Translations under genes and position numbers: made by a program
Assembly: GCA_001643675.2 (NCBI GenBank)
Contig: LSRY02000037.1
Span: forward strand, 372,001-436,000
Direction of reading: 5' to 3'
Source: Monocercomonoides exilis PA203
Lineage: Eukaryota > Protista > Preaxostyla
Length of the DNA: 64,000 bases
In this document: in pieces, positions 1-18,319 of the stretch
Position numbering within the stretch: the stretch's first letter is position 1
Layout: the number at the start of each line of letters is the position of its first letter
Notes under the pieces: generated by a model
What the model saw: the letters and a program-made list of their open reading frames with translations, nothing else
Told to the model about the DNA's origin: nothing
The model's database searches: none

Positions 1-1313
1 GTGAGCTGGAAGCTGTCGGCATGCATACTCCAACAGAGCATGTCGAGCGAGATGGCGGTGAAGATGGAACGCATCATGCTGAATGAGCTTTTAGACTGAT
101 TAAACAAAGAAAGATGAAAATAACAACACTGAAACCTCCAATGGCGAGATACGTGGCGATGAGATGGTCGAGGGAGCAGCTGGAGCCATCGTCGAGCAGG
201 AGCACAGGGGAGGCGGCACTGAGGGCGGAGAGGTTGGGGTGGGAGAGGAAGAGGGAGGAAGCGGGGAGAGCACGAAGAGCAGGGCGGGTGAGGTGGAGGG
301 AATGGTCAGATATGTTGGAGATGCATAGGGTACCTCGGGAAGCACAAAGGAGGTTGGAGTTGAGTCTGACAGGATGTTCGGGGGAAAGAAAGAGGGAGGA
401 GGACACAGCCAGTTATCCGTCGAGGAGAGAGAAAAGGGAAGAGTGGGCAGATCCAGACGGAGTTTTCTATTGAGCGGTAGATGAATAACACAGTTGTGGA
501 GATGAAGTCGCAGGGGGCAAGCAGGGAGCTGACCTGGCGGGCAGAGGAGCCGGTGTCTTGGTCGATGAATATTTGGTGGGGGCGGTGGAAGGTGATGAAG
601 GGGAGGAGTTCGACATCGAGGTCGGGGTCGGTGGGAGGAGTGCGAGGTGAAGCGGAGGTTGAAAATGAGAGGGGGAGGTGGAGGCCGGCTGTGGGCAGCA
701 CGAATCCGCTGAGCTCGTCGAGCGAACTGATGTCGGCGCTGGGCATGTTCCAGTTGAAATGGGCTGCGTCTGCCACTGCCTACAGCATGGTGGACAACAC
801 AAATACGATTTTATCTTTTTTTTATCGCAACTGACAAACACCACGTGCTCGAGGGCAAACTGCCTGGAGGCATCCGCCAGCCACAGCAGCACATTCCTCG
901 AAGGTCGAGCCGTTTATCAGGAGGAGTGACCCTGCTGACATCACGGCTGCAACGCTGTCTCCTCTTGTATCTCTGCGATCTTTACACATCCCCCGCCTTC
1001 GCTCCCCTTCTCCTTACCCACAATCACACACACGCTGCACTCCACCACGCTGTTGCTCCCAGTTCACTTGATCTGTGAAAACATCGCACTCGCCACTTCG
1101 CCCAGTGTTTTGAACTCATACGGCACTATCCTCCAAGAGCTGATTGTTGTCAGCCCGAAAATCCTCTCCACTTTCTAGAGTCACCCTTGCATCCTCATTC
1201 AGGGTTGAAACTGAACCAAGCAAGGCTGATGAAAAATTTAAACAAACTTAGTGATATATCTGTATAGCTTTTAAAGTGATTTACGAAGAGGAAAAAATAG
1301 CGCAGAAAATCAT
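1..1313 (-). other. GC-rich, probably coding or decayed coding region with short AT-rich intron-like gaps; product unknown; runs off the window edge
   Basis: High-GC blocks with minus-strand ORFs (74-406, 306-776, 467-892) separated by short AT-rich GT..AG-like segments near 86-135 and 790-850. No clean spliced frame or recognisable domain could be built. Confidence 0.3.
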
Positions 1314-2377
1314 ATACAGAAAAATAGTTGAGTTGAATGCTCGCCGAGCAACTTAAGCAATTTTATAAAGAAGGACAGAGCATGAGAAAGATGAGATCAT
1401 TAGAGTTGAAGGCTTTAAAAGTGAAAAAAGTGAAATTTTTCGTATTTCTTTTTTATTTTTTTTATTCTTTCTTTGTAATTTTCATAAAATAACTTTGATC
1501 AATTTATTTTAATAACTTCTTCAAAGTATTATTTGCTTTTATAGAAAAATAAACAGCAAATATTTGTATATCTGATGAATATCTAGTTTAACTATTATAT
1601 TTTTCATTTGTGTTTTTGAAAATTGTTTGTTTTCAACAAAAGTTTTATGATCTTCAAAATTAATTTTAAAATTTCTTTGTAATAACATCATAAAACTTAT
1701 AATTATATAAAAAATTGATAAATTATGTATTATGATTATTGTTATCATGCTTTTTGAACCAGTATACTTAGGTTTTGTTCTGTTTATTGAATTTTCAATA
1801 TTTTTTTAATGAATTTTTTAATTCTTTCACGAATTTGTAATAAAAACAATTTGAAATGAATAAAAATCTAAAAATATGCAATAACAACTATTCACAAAGC
1901 AATATATTTGAATGATCATCTCATTCATTTTTCTTTTTAAAGCAACCCTTAATTAAATTTGTTTTTGATCAAACGTCGGAATTTTTTATGATGTCAAAAA
2001 AAATCACCCATATAACAAATATGAATACCATAGGTGGAAAATGCGGGAACTGGTGGAAAATCCGGTAGTCCAAGTTATCAGAAAACCAAAAAGAATGGAA
2101 AACAAGTTGACACTTTTTAAAATAACGAACGAAACGTCTTTCAAAAGCTCAACGCCTGCATAGCTTGAATAACAATTGTTGCAATCATCGAAAAATCTAC
2201 CAAGTTCCAAAGAAATAACAACAGAATTTTGTTGGTTAAATAAAAAACATGAATTTTCATCTTATGAATAAATTAAAGCAAATGACTATTACTTAACATT
2301 TATTAATTCTTGAAAGTTAGTAATTGGCTTTCTTTCATTGAAATTCTCATTTATATGATTAATTCAATTTTTGATCA

Positions 2378-3968
2378 AATGAATAATAACGGAAATGACA
2401 AAAAAATATCTTCCAAAGAACTTCACAGGCTCATGGCAGCATCAAATTACCGAATTCTGAAATCTCCTTCCCAAAAAGTCTTTGAAATCAAAAAGAAATA
2501 TGCTGTAACGTGGAAAACTACTGTGGGATCACATGCTATTTAAAACGGAGCATGGGAAAGAGGAATGGCTGCTTTGAAAGCAAAATGACAAGTTTACAAA
2601 ATAGGCAGACCTGCAATTATAGCAAAAAAAAATTCGAAACAGTTGATAAATAGGTTATTCCACTTCTGTCCCAAAAAAAAAATGTCAGACTGAAGGATAT
2701 ACAAGCAATGGTCTGAAAATTTTAATTTTTTTGTTTTTTCTATTTTTGTATTTTGAAGATACAAGACATTTTAAATACAGGTTGCGAAAGTGAAGTAAAA
2801 AGAAATAAAGTCATCTCCAAATATTCGTATGATTTGATAGAAAGAAGTTCAATTTTAAGAACTTCAATTTCCAGGCCGATGGAAATCGATAAAATTAACG
2901 CATAATCTCCAGAAGCTATTCATTCGTGAATCGAAAAGTTATCCTCCATCATCACAGTCAATGGAATTAATGAGACTGATATTTTCAATTTTGACGAATC
3001 TTCAGTTCATGTAGGTGATGGAACAGAAAAACTCGTCGTCTACTTGAAAAACCAATCCCCTCCTTCCCCATCTTCATTGCCAAAAATGGAAAATGCAACT
3101 ATTTATGTGTGTATTTGCGCGGACGGGTCGCATCTTCCTCATATGCAAATATACCCTCGAAAAAAGATTCCACTAGAATTCTCTAATTTTTCTTCATTCA
3201 ATGTGTCTTATGATGGGATTTTCATCTGGATGGATATCTGCTGAATTGTTTCGAAAGATAATGACAAAGAAATGGCTTCCATTAATTGCAAATAAGCTTA
3301 AACTCTCATCTTCGAAAAAAGCACCACTTTTATTGGATAATCACCGAACTCACTTCGAATAAGAAGTGATTGCATTTGCTGAACAAAGAATTATCATCGT
3401 TGAATTTTTCCCTTCAAACATGACTCACCTTTTGCAACCTTGCGATAATCGTGTGTTTGCAAGGTTCAAACAAGTTCTTCAAAATTCTTTTGTAAGGCCA
3501 ACTCAATTTTCAACCTCTTCAAATAAAAAAGCTTTGGCACACGCTTTGCCAGAAGCTTTAACAGCAGCAATAACTCCTTCAGTAATAAAATTTTCATTTT
3601 CAAATACAGGCGTTGATGCTGTGGCTGCTGCTCCTGTGCTTTTAAGGATATGTGGTCCACTTTCATCTTCTCAAAAGTTCTTATTAAAATATTCAACAAA
3701 TGATTAGATGAAGGATTTATTTGGAGATTATTCTCCAAAGAAAAAACGACAACTGAAAGAAAAAAGCGAAGAAAAAAAGACAATTGAAAAGGAACCGAAA
3801 GAAAAGAAAGAAGAAAATTTCGAAATAAGTGAAGAAAAGGAAAATAAACAAAGGATACAGAAAAAATTAGTTAACGTTAAGAAAAAGAAAATTACATTGA
3901 GAAGAAGAAGAATAGACGATGATTATTTGTATGGGAATGAAATTAGTTATTTGGGTGATTCTTTTTGA
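2378..3968 (+). pseudogene. Decayed pogo/Fot1-type (DDE_1, DD35D) DNA transposase
   Basis: Motifs IFNFDESS (~2980), LLLDNHRTH (~3330) and FPSNMTHLLQPCD (~3410-3450), with 35 codons between the 2nd and 3rd Asp. Several in-frame stops and frameshifts; basic/charged C-terminal tail. Confidence 0.85.
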
Positions 3969-4594
3969 AAAGTTGCTAATGTTTAATTTTCTAATACTTC
4001 AAAATTTTCATATTTTGATCAAATTTTTGTTTCAGCTCACAAATCTCCTCAAGAATGTTTGAAATAGCATTATCAATGAATAGATTTGATTGAAGTGAAG
4101 TTTGATATTAGTTAACAGAAATTTGAGTTAAATATGAAATTTAATTATATTTGAAAATTAAACATTTGCGACTTTTCAAAAAAACATAGACATATCAACT
4201 AATTGCTATCTTAGATGTTATGATATTAAGTTTTGTGACATTTTAAGTCAGTCAAAAAATGTTCTATTTTTTTCAATTTTTTTGTAAGCAAAAAGTTTAT
4301 GAAAAGTATGAAAAATTAAAATGAAAATATCTGATTTGTTATGTTTAACACTCCATTATAAAATGTTAATGACAGATATTAAATAATGAGAAAAATTGGA
4401 TCAGCTATAATAAAAAAAAATGTTTTTTATTTTTGGAAAAAATCACAAACGATCGTATAATCCTATTTATTCATCAATTTTGTTTTGAAAATAATAATCA
4501 AATTTAAATACAAAGGAAACACTTCAATTGAATTGAATAAATGATATTTTGAAAATTTAAATTTGAAAATATATATAATGGCTATTTGATCAAG

Positions 4595-7500
4595 ATGAGT
4601 AGTTTTACGCCTTGTTCTTCATCACGGTTCTATATTTTTAATTTTATAAAGCCGAAATCTATAGAAAGTTTATTTTTATTAATTATTTATGTGCGAAATA
4701 GGAGGAAATCACGTGCTGAGCCAAAGGCGATTCTAACGCACACATCACGACAAACCACGTTTGCTGACATTTGAATTTATTTAAGTAATTTTTTTTAATG
4801 CACTCTAAAATTTATTTACTTTGCCAAACATTTTCTTTGGGTGCTAAATTGTTATTTATTCTGTATTTTGAAAAAAAATACAGAAATGTTTATCGTTTGG
4901 GTTCTGTATTAAATTCGAAGGATCAGACATTGCTCTACAAAGTATTAGTTGAGACTTTATTTTTTAATGTCAGACATATTTGTTTTTAATTTGCGAAGCT
5001 TTGTAGGATGATGGACACAACAAAATCTGGAGCGATTTTCCCAAATGATCTTAGAAGAGCATTAGCTGGATCAGGGTTAAATCTTGATCCAGGATTAATT
5101 GATTCTGTTGTAAAAGGATGTGATACAGACAAAAGCGACAAGATCGATTATGATAGATTTTTCAAAACTTCTGTTGAACTGTCTGCTTTTAAATTGAATT
5201 TTTTATTTGTTTATAATATGAAATTAAACATAATTTTTTTTCTTCGACTAACGCGTTGATTTTATGTCAACAGTTATAAAGAGAAAAAGGAAGAGCGACT
5301 TTCAGATCCTTATTTATCTTCAACACTTTCATCAAGAAAATCTGGTGATTCGACAAGCAGAGATAGCCATCCTGGATTTGTAGTCATAAGTCCAAATTAT
5401 TCAAAGGATTCTGCTGGTGAGGTTCTTGCACACAAAGATCGTTCTGTTTCTGCACCTTCAGCAGGGCGCAGGTCAGCATCTCTGAAAGAAAGAAAGAAGA
5501 AAGAATTAAAAGAAGAACCTGCAAAGCCTCCACAGCTTGGAGTAGCGGATCCCTGGTGCCAAAACAGAGCAATGAACAAAGCATTTCGATTTGCAGCGAT
5601 GTCCCCTTCGCGCCCATCATCTTCATCCACAGCACCTGAACAAGCACATTCTTCGTCAAATACTTCATCATCATCAACAACTTCTTCCTCTTCTGAATCT
5701 CCTCTTTCACCACCTTCTCAGCCAACTCCTTCACAACACCCGATCCAACTTCCAGCCGACGTCACCCCGTCTGAGATGGACGATCTGCGGCTTCGGATAA
5801 TTTCCTCTTCGACTTCATCTCGCATCGCCATCTCACTTTCAGCTGCGGACAGCACTGGGAATGGGAAGCTGACTGAAAACGAGTTCTTCCACGCGCTTGA
5901 GGCAGAAGGGGTGCATCTGAACAGAGATCTGAAGAAAGTGGCACTGACCATCGCGAAGAAAGCGCAGGAGCAGAAACAAAACCAGAAAAAAGAAGGAGAA
6001 CAGCAAAAAGAGGAAGAAAGAAGAGAAAAGACAGGGAATAAAGCAGAGGCTGAAGAACATAGAGAACAGAAAGTGCAAGAAGAGAAGAAGGAAGTGAAGG
6101 AAGTGAAGATGAATGAAGAAAAAGCTGAAGTGATTGAACAGCCAAGTGAAGCCAAAAAGGAAGAAAAGAAGGAACATTCACAAATTCCTCAAACGAGCAA
6201 TGAAAAAATGGAGGAAGCAAATGCAGCCAGTTCAAAACAATCTGATTCAGCTGTATCAGAAGAGCAATCCACAAAGAAAGCAGAAGAGAAACAAGAAAAG
6301 CAAGAAAAGCAAGAGAAACACGAGGCAGATGAATTTGGTGATGGAATGACGCTGAATCTTCCATCTTCATCGACCACAGCAGCGTTCTGCAAGTCTTCTA
6401 AGAAGCACATTCCTCTTCCGCCTAATGAAATCTCCTTCTCTCCAGACATTCCATCGCAGGAGCCGTCACGAAGAATCCCGAGGAAGAAGCAGGAAAAGGA
6501 GATATTGGATGAAGTGAGGAGAGAGCAACAAGAGCGCATGCAGAAGGAAGAGAAGCATTCACACGAAGACAGTTTGCTATTCTTTTTTTTTGATTTTATT
6601 TAAAATTTATTCTGAATTAACTTATTTAATTTTTTTTTAAAAAAATAAAATAAATGGTTCCATACCAAATTTGCTAACTTTTGTAATATTGTTAACTGAT
6701 ATTATGACATGTCCTGCTTGATTATCTGTCAATTATGATGAATGTCAAATTCACACATTAACAACGAACACATGTCATTTGACAAATAATTTTGATAATT
6801 TTATCATTCATATTTAAATTTATTCTTTTAACCATCCTTCATAATTTAATTAGGATGTATTGACTATGGGCAATTTCTGAAGTGTCTTCAGCTGGATCTG
6901 CCTGCCTCCTTCGAGGCTGTGCTTTCCAGCGATTCTTTTGTTCCTTCTTCTCCACTCAACCGCACCTCATCATCTATCACTTCTTCTTCTTCTTCTTCTT
7001 CTCCGATTTCTCTTCATCCTCTTCAGTCATCCAAGCCATTCATCACACCCTTCCACCGCAAAGGAGTGTCGCCAATGGCTGAACTGTCGCTGGCACAGCA
7101 GAGACCGTACTCATTATATGCAAGGTTTGACATCTTTCGTTTGTTTCTTTGAATGATTTTGAAATATTTAATGAAAATTTTGAATGTGTTGTATTTAAAT
7201 GAAATAATTAATTTAAAAACAACATGTCGAACAATCAAATTACTAATTTATCTGTTATTCATCCTCAATATTTCCCTTTTGATTTTCATCACAAATAATC
7301 TTTCTTCTTCTTTTCCATTCCCCAAATATATTATCCATCCAACAGAAATGTGTCTGTTGATGTGATTGCACACACAGACGCCTCGCGGGACACGCCAAAG
7401 AAGCCCATCAGAAGCCACAGCCACGCCGGCCCGCAGTCACACGGGGCATTCACCTCACACAGTGAGAGTGGGGGTGAAGAGAACGAGGCGTCTGCAGGGA

Positions 7501-8735
7501 AAGCGGAAGGGAAAGAGGAAGAGACGTCGCGTGCGAGGCGGCTGCAGCAGCAGCTGTGGATGAGAGAAGGGAGCGGGGTGAAGCGGCTGATGATGGATCG
7601 CACGCCTGAGAGTGATAGAGACAGCCACTATCCAGAGTGGGATGAGATACACAAGGGGAAAGCACAGGTGCATCATGAGCAGCAGTTTGGGGAAGATCGA
7701 AAGGCGCTTTTGGGATTTACTGTGAAGGAGAACAAAGAAGATGGGAAGAAAGAAGGAGGGTTTGAAGACACGTGGAGAGGGAGGCTGTGGGAAGGGACTC
7801 AGTTTGTGTCGAAGGATGGGCATCAGGTGATGAGGATGAAGGGATTTGCAATGGGAAGAGAAGACAGAGAAAAGAAAGTGCAGCAGATGAGAGAGAAAGA
7901 GCTGAATTCAACACCTGAAAGAGATGTGAAAAAGGCGTTTGTGTGGGAGACTTATGATGAAACAAAAGCGAAACAAAGTATGAACTTGTTTTTTTTTTTT
8001 TTATAAAATATCTATTGATCCAAATGATTTGAAATGAATGATTTAAATGTTTTACTTATTTTTATTTCCACTTCCATTTTTTTCATTATTTATTTTTTTC
8101 TATTTAATTTTTTCTTTTTTTTTATTTTTTTAACTTCCTTTTTCCTTAAAAAAACTAAATTAATTTGCCTATTTCTTATCATTTTTCAATTAGAATCTCC
8201 AACAAGACCAGTTTCAGCCTCTCGAATGATGTATCTAAAGCAACAAGCAGGTACAATGAAACGCACTTTGATTGATCAAAGAGAAAGACATTTTAATGAA
8301 ACACCTATAAATTCAACTGCAGATTCGTCTTCGTTTTCGTCTTCTTCTACTTCATCTGACTCTGAACAACCAGCCCAGTCAACCTCAGCATCGACCTCAA
8401 CCACAACTTCCTCTTATTCATCCTCATCACCCTCTAATGCCACATCTCAGCAGAACAAATACATTGGCATTGTGGATGTGAATGAGAGAGACGTCGAAGA
8501 TGTGCAGCCCCGCAGACTGCGCAGCCATTACGCAAGCCCTTCTTCATCCTCGTGCATGGGTGACCTGATCTGGGGAGGCCTGCCGAAGTCGCAGACGCCG
8601 CAGTGGCAGCGCCTGTCGATGAAGGAAATGGAAGCCAAAGCAAATCGCACAGCACAAAGTAGAGAAGGAATTAGTCCTTTGTCTCCGGGCCTCCAGCGCC
8701 CTCGCTCCGCAGCAGCGTCTTTCATGTCTCAGTAA
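4595..8735 (+). CDS. Multi-exon EF-hand calcium-binding protein with long low-complexity Ser- and Glu/Lys-rich regions
   Basis: Manually spliced GT..AG exons stay in frame (about 8 exons, e.g. ~4999-5180, 5274-6571, 6854-7124, 7346-7977, 8194-8735). EF-loop-like motifs DTTKSGAIFPND, DTDKSDKIDYDRF and DSTGNGKLTENEF. The 5' exons are less certain. Confidence 0.7.
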
Positions 8736-9741
8736 ACAAATGTTTTTCTGTGAATAATTATAATTAGAAATTTCTGTTGTATTTAACATCTTGGCCAGCA
8801 ATTGACACCTTGATATTGCTTCCTCATTGTTCTTCTTATTTTTCAAAAAAAAATTTTGTTTCAATTTTTTTTCATAGCAACGTTTGTTTGCTATTTCACC
8901 AAAATCGAAAATTTTAATTTTCGACAAATCACATCAGCATCTCAACACCTTTTTAGCTCTCACATTCTCTAATTGAATAGATCTACGTCGGATATTTCCT
9001 TTTGAAACTAAAAATTATTTGTTCGTTTTCATCTATGCTGGCATGGAATTTGTTCAAAAATATCTCCTTCTTTATTTACAAGAGTAACTGTATCATTCTG
9101 TCAATGAGAGAAAAATTCCTTATGACTCCATGCAGATCATCTATGGATTAATTATTGGAAAGAGTAACTAAGTTTCATGCTTTCAGTTATTCAAGTGAAG
9201 TTAAAAAGTGATTGATACATCAACATGAAATGGAAAGCAGATTTTTTTGTTAAGGATGGTTCGTGAGACAGAAAAAACTTGAAGAGTTGGAGCTTAAAAA
9301 CATTGATATAAAATGGATTATTCTTTTCGGTGCAGAACAAACAAGACTATTGAAGAGAATGAGATTTTATTGGTGCACTTGTTAAATAGAAACGAATAGT
9401 TCACAGCCAAACCATTCTTTTGAGTTAGTCATTCATTCCAAACTTTTCTTTTTGGTACAACCTTTCATTTTCTTCACTTTTTATTTATTTATTCATTATT
9501 TGAGTGCAATCAATTTGACACATTTGTATTTTGTTCAATTATTCCTGTGAAGTCAGTGAAAAGACGGAGTTCATTTTTATTTTTTGCAACAAACTGTCCA
9601 TATATTTCTTTGTCACGACAGCTTGATCAATTTTGTCTAGTCCATGAATTTCAAACAAATATTTTCATAGATTCAGTTTTCGTTAAAAGAAGTTTATTTT
9701 GTTTTTCAAGATCAAAAATGAAATAAAATAACTCTCCTTGA

Positions 9742-12700
9742 TTACTCCTCACTTAATTTCTCATTCGCCATAATCATTTCCGAAGTAATTTTCATAAGTA
9801 ATCCATTCGGTTTTTGACTAATTTTTTTACTAAAGCCAGATGATCCACTTTTGTCTTCAGTTGATGATATGGAGATTTTATTTAATGAACCTGAAGATTT
9901 TTCGTTACTTGAAGTTTGCAACTTATAAAGATTTGTAGGTGTTTGAGTCACAAAACTTGTTGGATGCGACTGATCAGCATTAATAAAATTGCTTGAAAAT
10001 GATAATGATAAGGAATCTGAATTTTGAAGAGGCTTTTTGGAAGGCAGAAAAGAGTGTAAGCCAAAAGGGAGATCTCTTCTCTTGCGAGAATTGAATGAAA
10101 TGTTCGAAAGAGTTGAATAATCAACAGAAGAATTCGATGGATTCGTAAGAAAGCTAGCACTTTTTGTATCACTTTTCGATGCAGCTTCATGAATTGCACT
10201 TAATTCATCATATTCATCAAATTCATCAGGAGCATATTCTGAACTCTTATCCACATTTGCCATTTCCGATTCATAACTTAAATTCTTTTCAATTTGTTGT
10301 GGTTCTTGATCTCTAAGTCTTTTGGAAGAAAGCGAAGGCGAAGGCGAGGTTGATAGAAATCCAGACAATAACCGTTTTGAAGGAGATGAAAGACCAAACG
10401 GATGATAACTCGAGATGGTTTTTACATCGCCAGAATATTGAAGATCATCATTCCTTGACTGATGAAATGAACTTTTGTTTTGTAAATGAAGATTCGAATC
10501 ATTTTGTCGTATCTGATGAGAAACAGAATCAGAATAAGCAATGACATCATCTTCGTAATTATAATCATTGTGTTTATCATTAGAAGAAAAATTCATTGGT
10601 TTTCCTTTGAAATATGTAGCATGTGCAACGGGGCTTTCATCCAACATGTCATCATCATAATCAACTTCAATTAAACTGCTCTCGTTTTCATCAAAATTTT
10701 GCATTGCATTATGATTTTGAGAATGCAATTGCTTTTCTTTCATTTCTTCTTGTTCAGCCCATTTTTCAGCTATCTCAGCATCATATTCCCTTTCATCATC
10801 ATCTTTGTCATTAAAATCCTCATGCTCTAATTTATTTCTTTTCGGTCTTTTGGGCTTATGTGATGCAGATGGTGTATTTTGAAAAGACGAAACTGTTTCA
10901 TCTGCAATATCAGAAGACTTCTTCTTTCCAAGGGCAAGAGGAAACACAACATTATACCTCAGCTCAGAATCAACTCCAACATAGTTCTCATTTATCAAAC
11001 TGACATTTATGTGCTGTTGGCGAGGCGTTCTCTCAAATGCAAATGAAACCTCAAAATGCTCCTTTGGAGCTCTCGAAACAAATCTCTGTGTAAAACACAG
11101 TTCATTACGTGAATCTCCAACGAGCAATCGAAGCATTGAAAGAGAAGAAGAAGAAGAAGAAGAATGTGAAGTTGATGAATTATCATCAGAGCTGAACATT
11201 CCATCATCCATTTCATAGCGATCAGATAAATAATTAGCATCATCAGAAAGCGAGGACAAAAACAAAGAGGTTGAAGATTCTGCTTTTGAAGTTGCAACGC
11301 CATGATGAATTCTATCAGCAATTATTTTCACAATAACCACTCGAGGATTTGATGTTGACTGCTGTGTGACATCTAATGAGTATTGCGGAATTGAAGCAGC
11401 TTTTTTTCTCAGATTACTAACAAAATGTGAGTTTCTCCGCAGGATTGTTTCCAGCAGCTGAGGAGGCACACTCAACAGCTGGGCAAACGTGTGGATGCCA
11501 GCGCCTCTCAGCTGTGAAGCAAAAACTGGACCAATTCCTTCGAGTTGCTCAAGAAGTGAAGGAGGAGGAGGCGATGATTGTGGCGGCTGTGGTTGTGATG
11601 AATTTCTCGAAGATGAAGATGAAGACGAAGACGAAGAAATCGTTGCTGCTGTTTCCCACATTTTGCGTTCGACACATTTTTTAAGCAGAATTACGCTTCT
11701 TGCTGCCTGATAGCCTGCTTTTTCAAGAAGGAAGTCAGCTAAACAAAGAAGAATCCTCTTCAGACTAACAACAATTGACAGTGCATCTTGCTTCATTGCA
11801 AAATCATCAATGGGAACTCTGCCAACATGCGCTTGAATAAGCAAATTGACTTTTGTCTCATTAAGCTTCACTTTTCCTTTGATTGGATATCGGATATTGA
11901 CATGCTTGTTCATTGAATTCAATTTCATTTTATCACCCAAACGAATTCTGACTTCGCAAAATTCTTTCGCTTTTGAAAGAACATTTAGAATCTCTTTAAT
12001 GTCAGAAAAAGGCGAAATCTCTTTGAATAAACACATTGTGTCAAAAGCAATATAATACTTTGCCATTGAAATCCCATTTGATTTCGCAGCTACTCTTTCC
12101 CTCCTTCCTTCTCTTGTCTGTTCCTCAGTGGCTTCAATAAATCCTTCCGCTTTTAGTCGCTCCATCTCTAAAGATACAACATTCCCAGCAAAGTTTTCTG
12201 CATCAGACAAAGACATCGTTCCAGATGCAGATATCTTTGCAGACTGCCCTCTTGAACAGTAATGCGTTGGATTTTTCATTAATCGAATGAAAAAGAATGT
12301 AGATTTTATCCAACGAAGAATATCCTCCTTGTAGCGAATTGTCTCAAGAACAATTTCTGCATTCAGATGTTCTATCATCCTTTCTTTGAGATGGCTTTCC
12401 ATCGGTTTGTCTTCTTTTTCGTCTTTGTCTTCATACAAATATCGCGTTTCGTCTGCAGTCATAATAACAACTCTGCCCGACGTATCAAATTGAGGTCGTC
12501 CAGCTCGCCCCATCATCTGAGTCATTGAATGCTCTGTATATTCCTCTGCCCCTCCTCCATTTCTGTATCCCTGAGTTGACTTAATCACCACTAAATGCGC
12601 TGGAAGGTTCACTCCCTGAGCCAATGTGGTGGTTGTGCACAAAACTCCAAGTGCATCTTCAACAAACAACGTTTCCACGATCTTCCTGTCATTAAATGAC

Positions 12701-14134
12701 AGCCCAGCAGAATGGAAGCCTATGCCCAAACGAACGCTTTCAGACAGAGTCTTGTCATTCAGCATAACTGCCGCTTCGTCCAGCTTTCGCTGCTGATTTA
12801 AATTTCGGATGAATGGACTGACAGATCGTTCCGAAGCTTGCCTTGCAAGTTGAGATGCTGAAAGAGATGCAGATTTTCGTGTTGGACAAAAAACAAGTGT
12901 TTGAAGTCCGTCATTGTGTGCTTGAATAACATCCAACAGCTTAAAGTCAAGAAAACGATCAAACATAAATGGATTCTTTTTTGATGGGTACGACAGCACA
13001 ACTTTTTCCAATTGAATAGGACGATGTTCAGGGCTAAATCTTTTGGCATTACTGGGCTTGACTAATAGCCATTCAGCAACATCATCTATATTTGGCATGG
13101 TAGCTGATACTGCAATGAAGCGTATTCGATTGGTTTGTTGTGAGAGAGATGTGGATATAAAGCTTTTTGATGAAAAAGCATTTGATTCAACTGAAGTTGA
13201 ATCTTTGTCGTTTTCTGTTTTCTGTTGAATTGAAGTTTCTTCTTTATTATGCACAGAAAGATTGAAAAGCATTTTTAAACGAGAAACGACAGCTTCTACT
13301 GTCGCACCGCGCTCTTCGTTCAAAATGTGAATTTCATCCAACAGCAAGAGTCCAATTTTCTCTAGAAATCGTCTGTGATCCTTAAATTTTCGAGTAAAAG
13401 AATCAAATTTTTCAGGTGTTGTTATTAAAATATTAGTGCGTTGAATTTCTTCCATATCAAAATAAAGAGAATCTCCAGTCATTTCAGTAACTTTAAACCC
13501 AAAGCGTCCAAATTTCTTTGTCCAATCAGCAGTTTTTTCCTGACATAAAGCCTTTAGAAAAAATTAAAATTTTAAATTTGTCAAAAAGGTTATAAACCTT
13601 TGTTGGCGCAATGTAAACCACAACTTTCGATGAAGATGTATCAGATTCACCTGATGCTTTTGTAATTATTTTGTGAGTTTGGAGAATCTGAAGAATTGCA
13701 AGTTCTAAAATAACAGTCTTCCCACTTCCAGTTGGAGCTTCAATCACCAAATTCTCATTTCCGCGATAAACATCTTCAAAAACAGATGTTTGAACATAAT
13801 TAAAAAAAGAATATGGAAAAAGTGTTCGAAATTGCTCTGGAATTACAGATATTGGAAGAAGTTCTTCATTTGAAACTTTTTGCATTTCCGAAAGCGAGGT
13901 TATAGATTCAGGAAATTGATAAGGTAAACTCAGTCTATCGTCTCCTGAAAATGCATTGCTCAAATGATGATCCCGTTCAATTGGCCTATTATGCATTAAA
14001 AAATCTGAAATTCCAGAATTTCTCTCGCTCATATCCTGAAATAGAAATGAGCTTTCTTTATCGTAAAATGGCACTTCATCCTGTTGTTCTTCGCGCGAAG
14101 GTGCAAAAAGTCGACTGAAGTCGAATCGTTGCAT
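9742..14134 (-). CDS. MER3: Meiotic Ski2-like DExH helicase MER3/HFM1 with Sec63 domain and long disordered C-terminus
   Basis: Walker A APTGSGKT, DEIH box, RFIAVSATMPNIDDVAEWL, TLVFCPTRK, TTTLAQGVNLPAHLVVIKST, QMMGRAGRPQFD and a Sec63/HhH region (LEQLEGIG). A 46-bp GT..AG intron at 13552-13597 joins PTK|ALCQEK in frame. Confidence 0.92.
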
Positions 14135-14298
14135 CACAATAAAAGCTTTTCATTATTCCAGATTTAAAAAATAAAATATGGAGCCAAAACGGTTCGAATT
14201 TCTGAACTTTGATGAAACAACTATCCCCGCTCAATATATTGTTATTCGTTCATTTTAAACAGTTTTATGTCGAATCCATAATTCGCATCAAATAATCA
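14135..14298. promoter_or_regulatory. Short (164 bp) divergent intergenic region, probable bidirectional promoter
   Basis: Lies between the MER3 ATG (14134, minus) and the kinase ATG (14299, plus). No specific motif identified. Confidence 0.45.
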
Positions 14299-17756
<3,458 letters not shown>

Positions 17757-18203
17757 GATCTTTCTTTTTCTTTGCTGTGCTTTTCTTTTCTTTTTTTGTG
17801 AAGGAAAAGGGTGAAGACAAAAGTTGTATAGATACACTGCTTTTTCTTTCTCTCTTTCTCTCTCTCTTTTTATTTTATTTTTTTTATTGTATTTTTTGCT
17901 TTACGGTATTATTCACTCATTGGTGTAATTGGAAGGGCATTAGTTTAATCATTCTATCCATATATTTGTCGTTAGTCCATTCATTTATAATTGTGCTTTT
18001 GTTGTGCAATCTGAATTCCCTTTTCTCTGTTTATTTTTCGATTCGTTAGTATTCACTGTGTTGGCTTAGCGGTTATAATTGGTTTTCATAACTTCCTTTC
18101 CGTACTTCAATTCGACTTTGCTGTGTTCATTTTTTTTTTCTTCATTTTGCTGATATTTGCATATTCAATCTCTCTCGCTCTCTCTTTCTCATTCACTCAC
18201 ACT

Positions 18204-18319
18204 CTTTCTTTTTCTCTTTCTCTTTCTCTTTCTCTTTCTCTTTCTCTTTCTCTTTCTCTTTCTCTTTCTCTTTCTCTTTCTCTTTCTCTTTCTCTTTCTC
18301 TTTCTCTTTCTCTTTCTCT
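18204..18319 (+). repeat. (TCTCTT)n hexanucleotide microsatellite
   Basis: About 18 tandem TCTCTT units. Confidence 0.95.
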
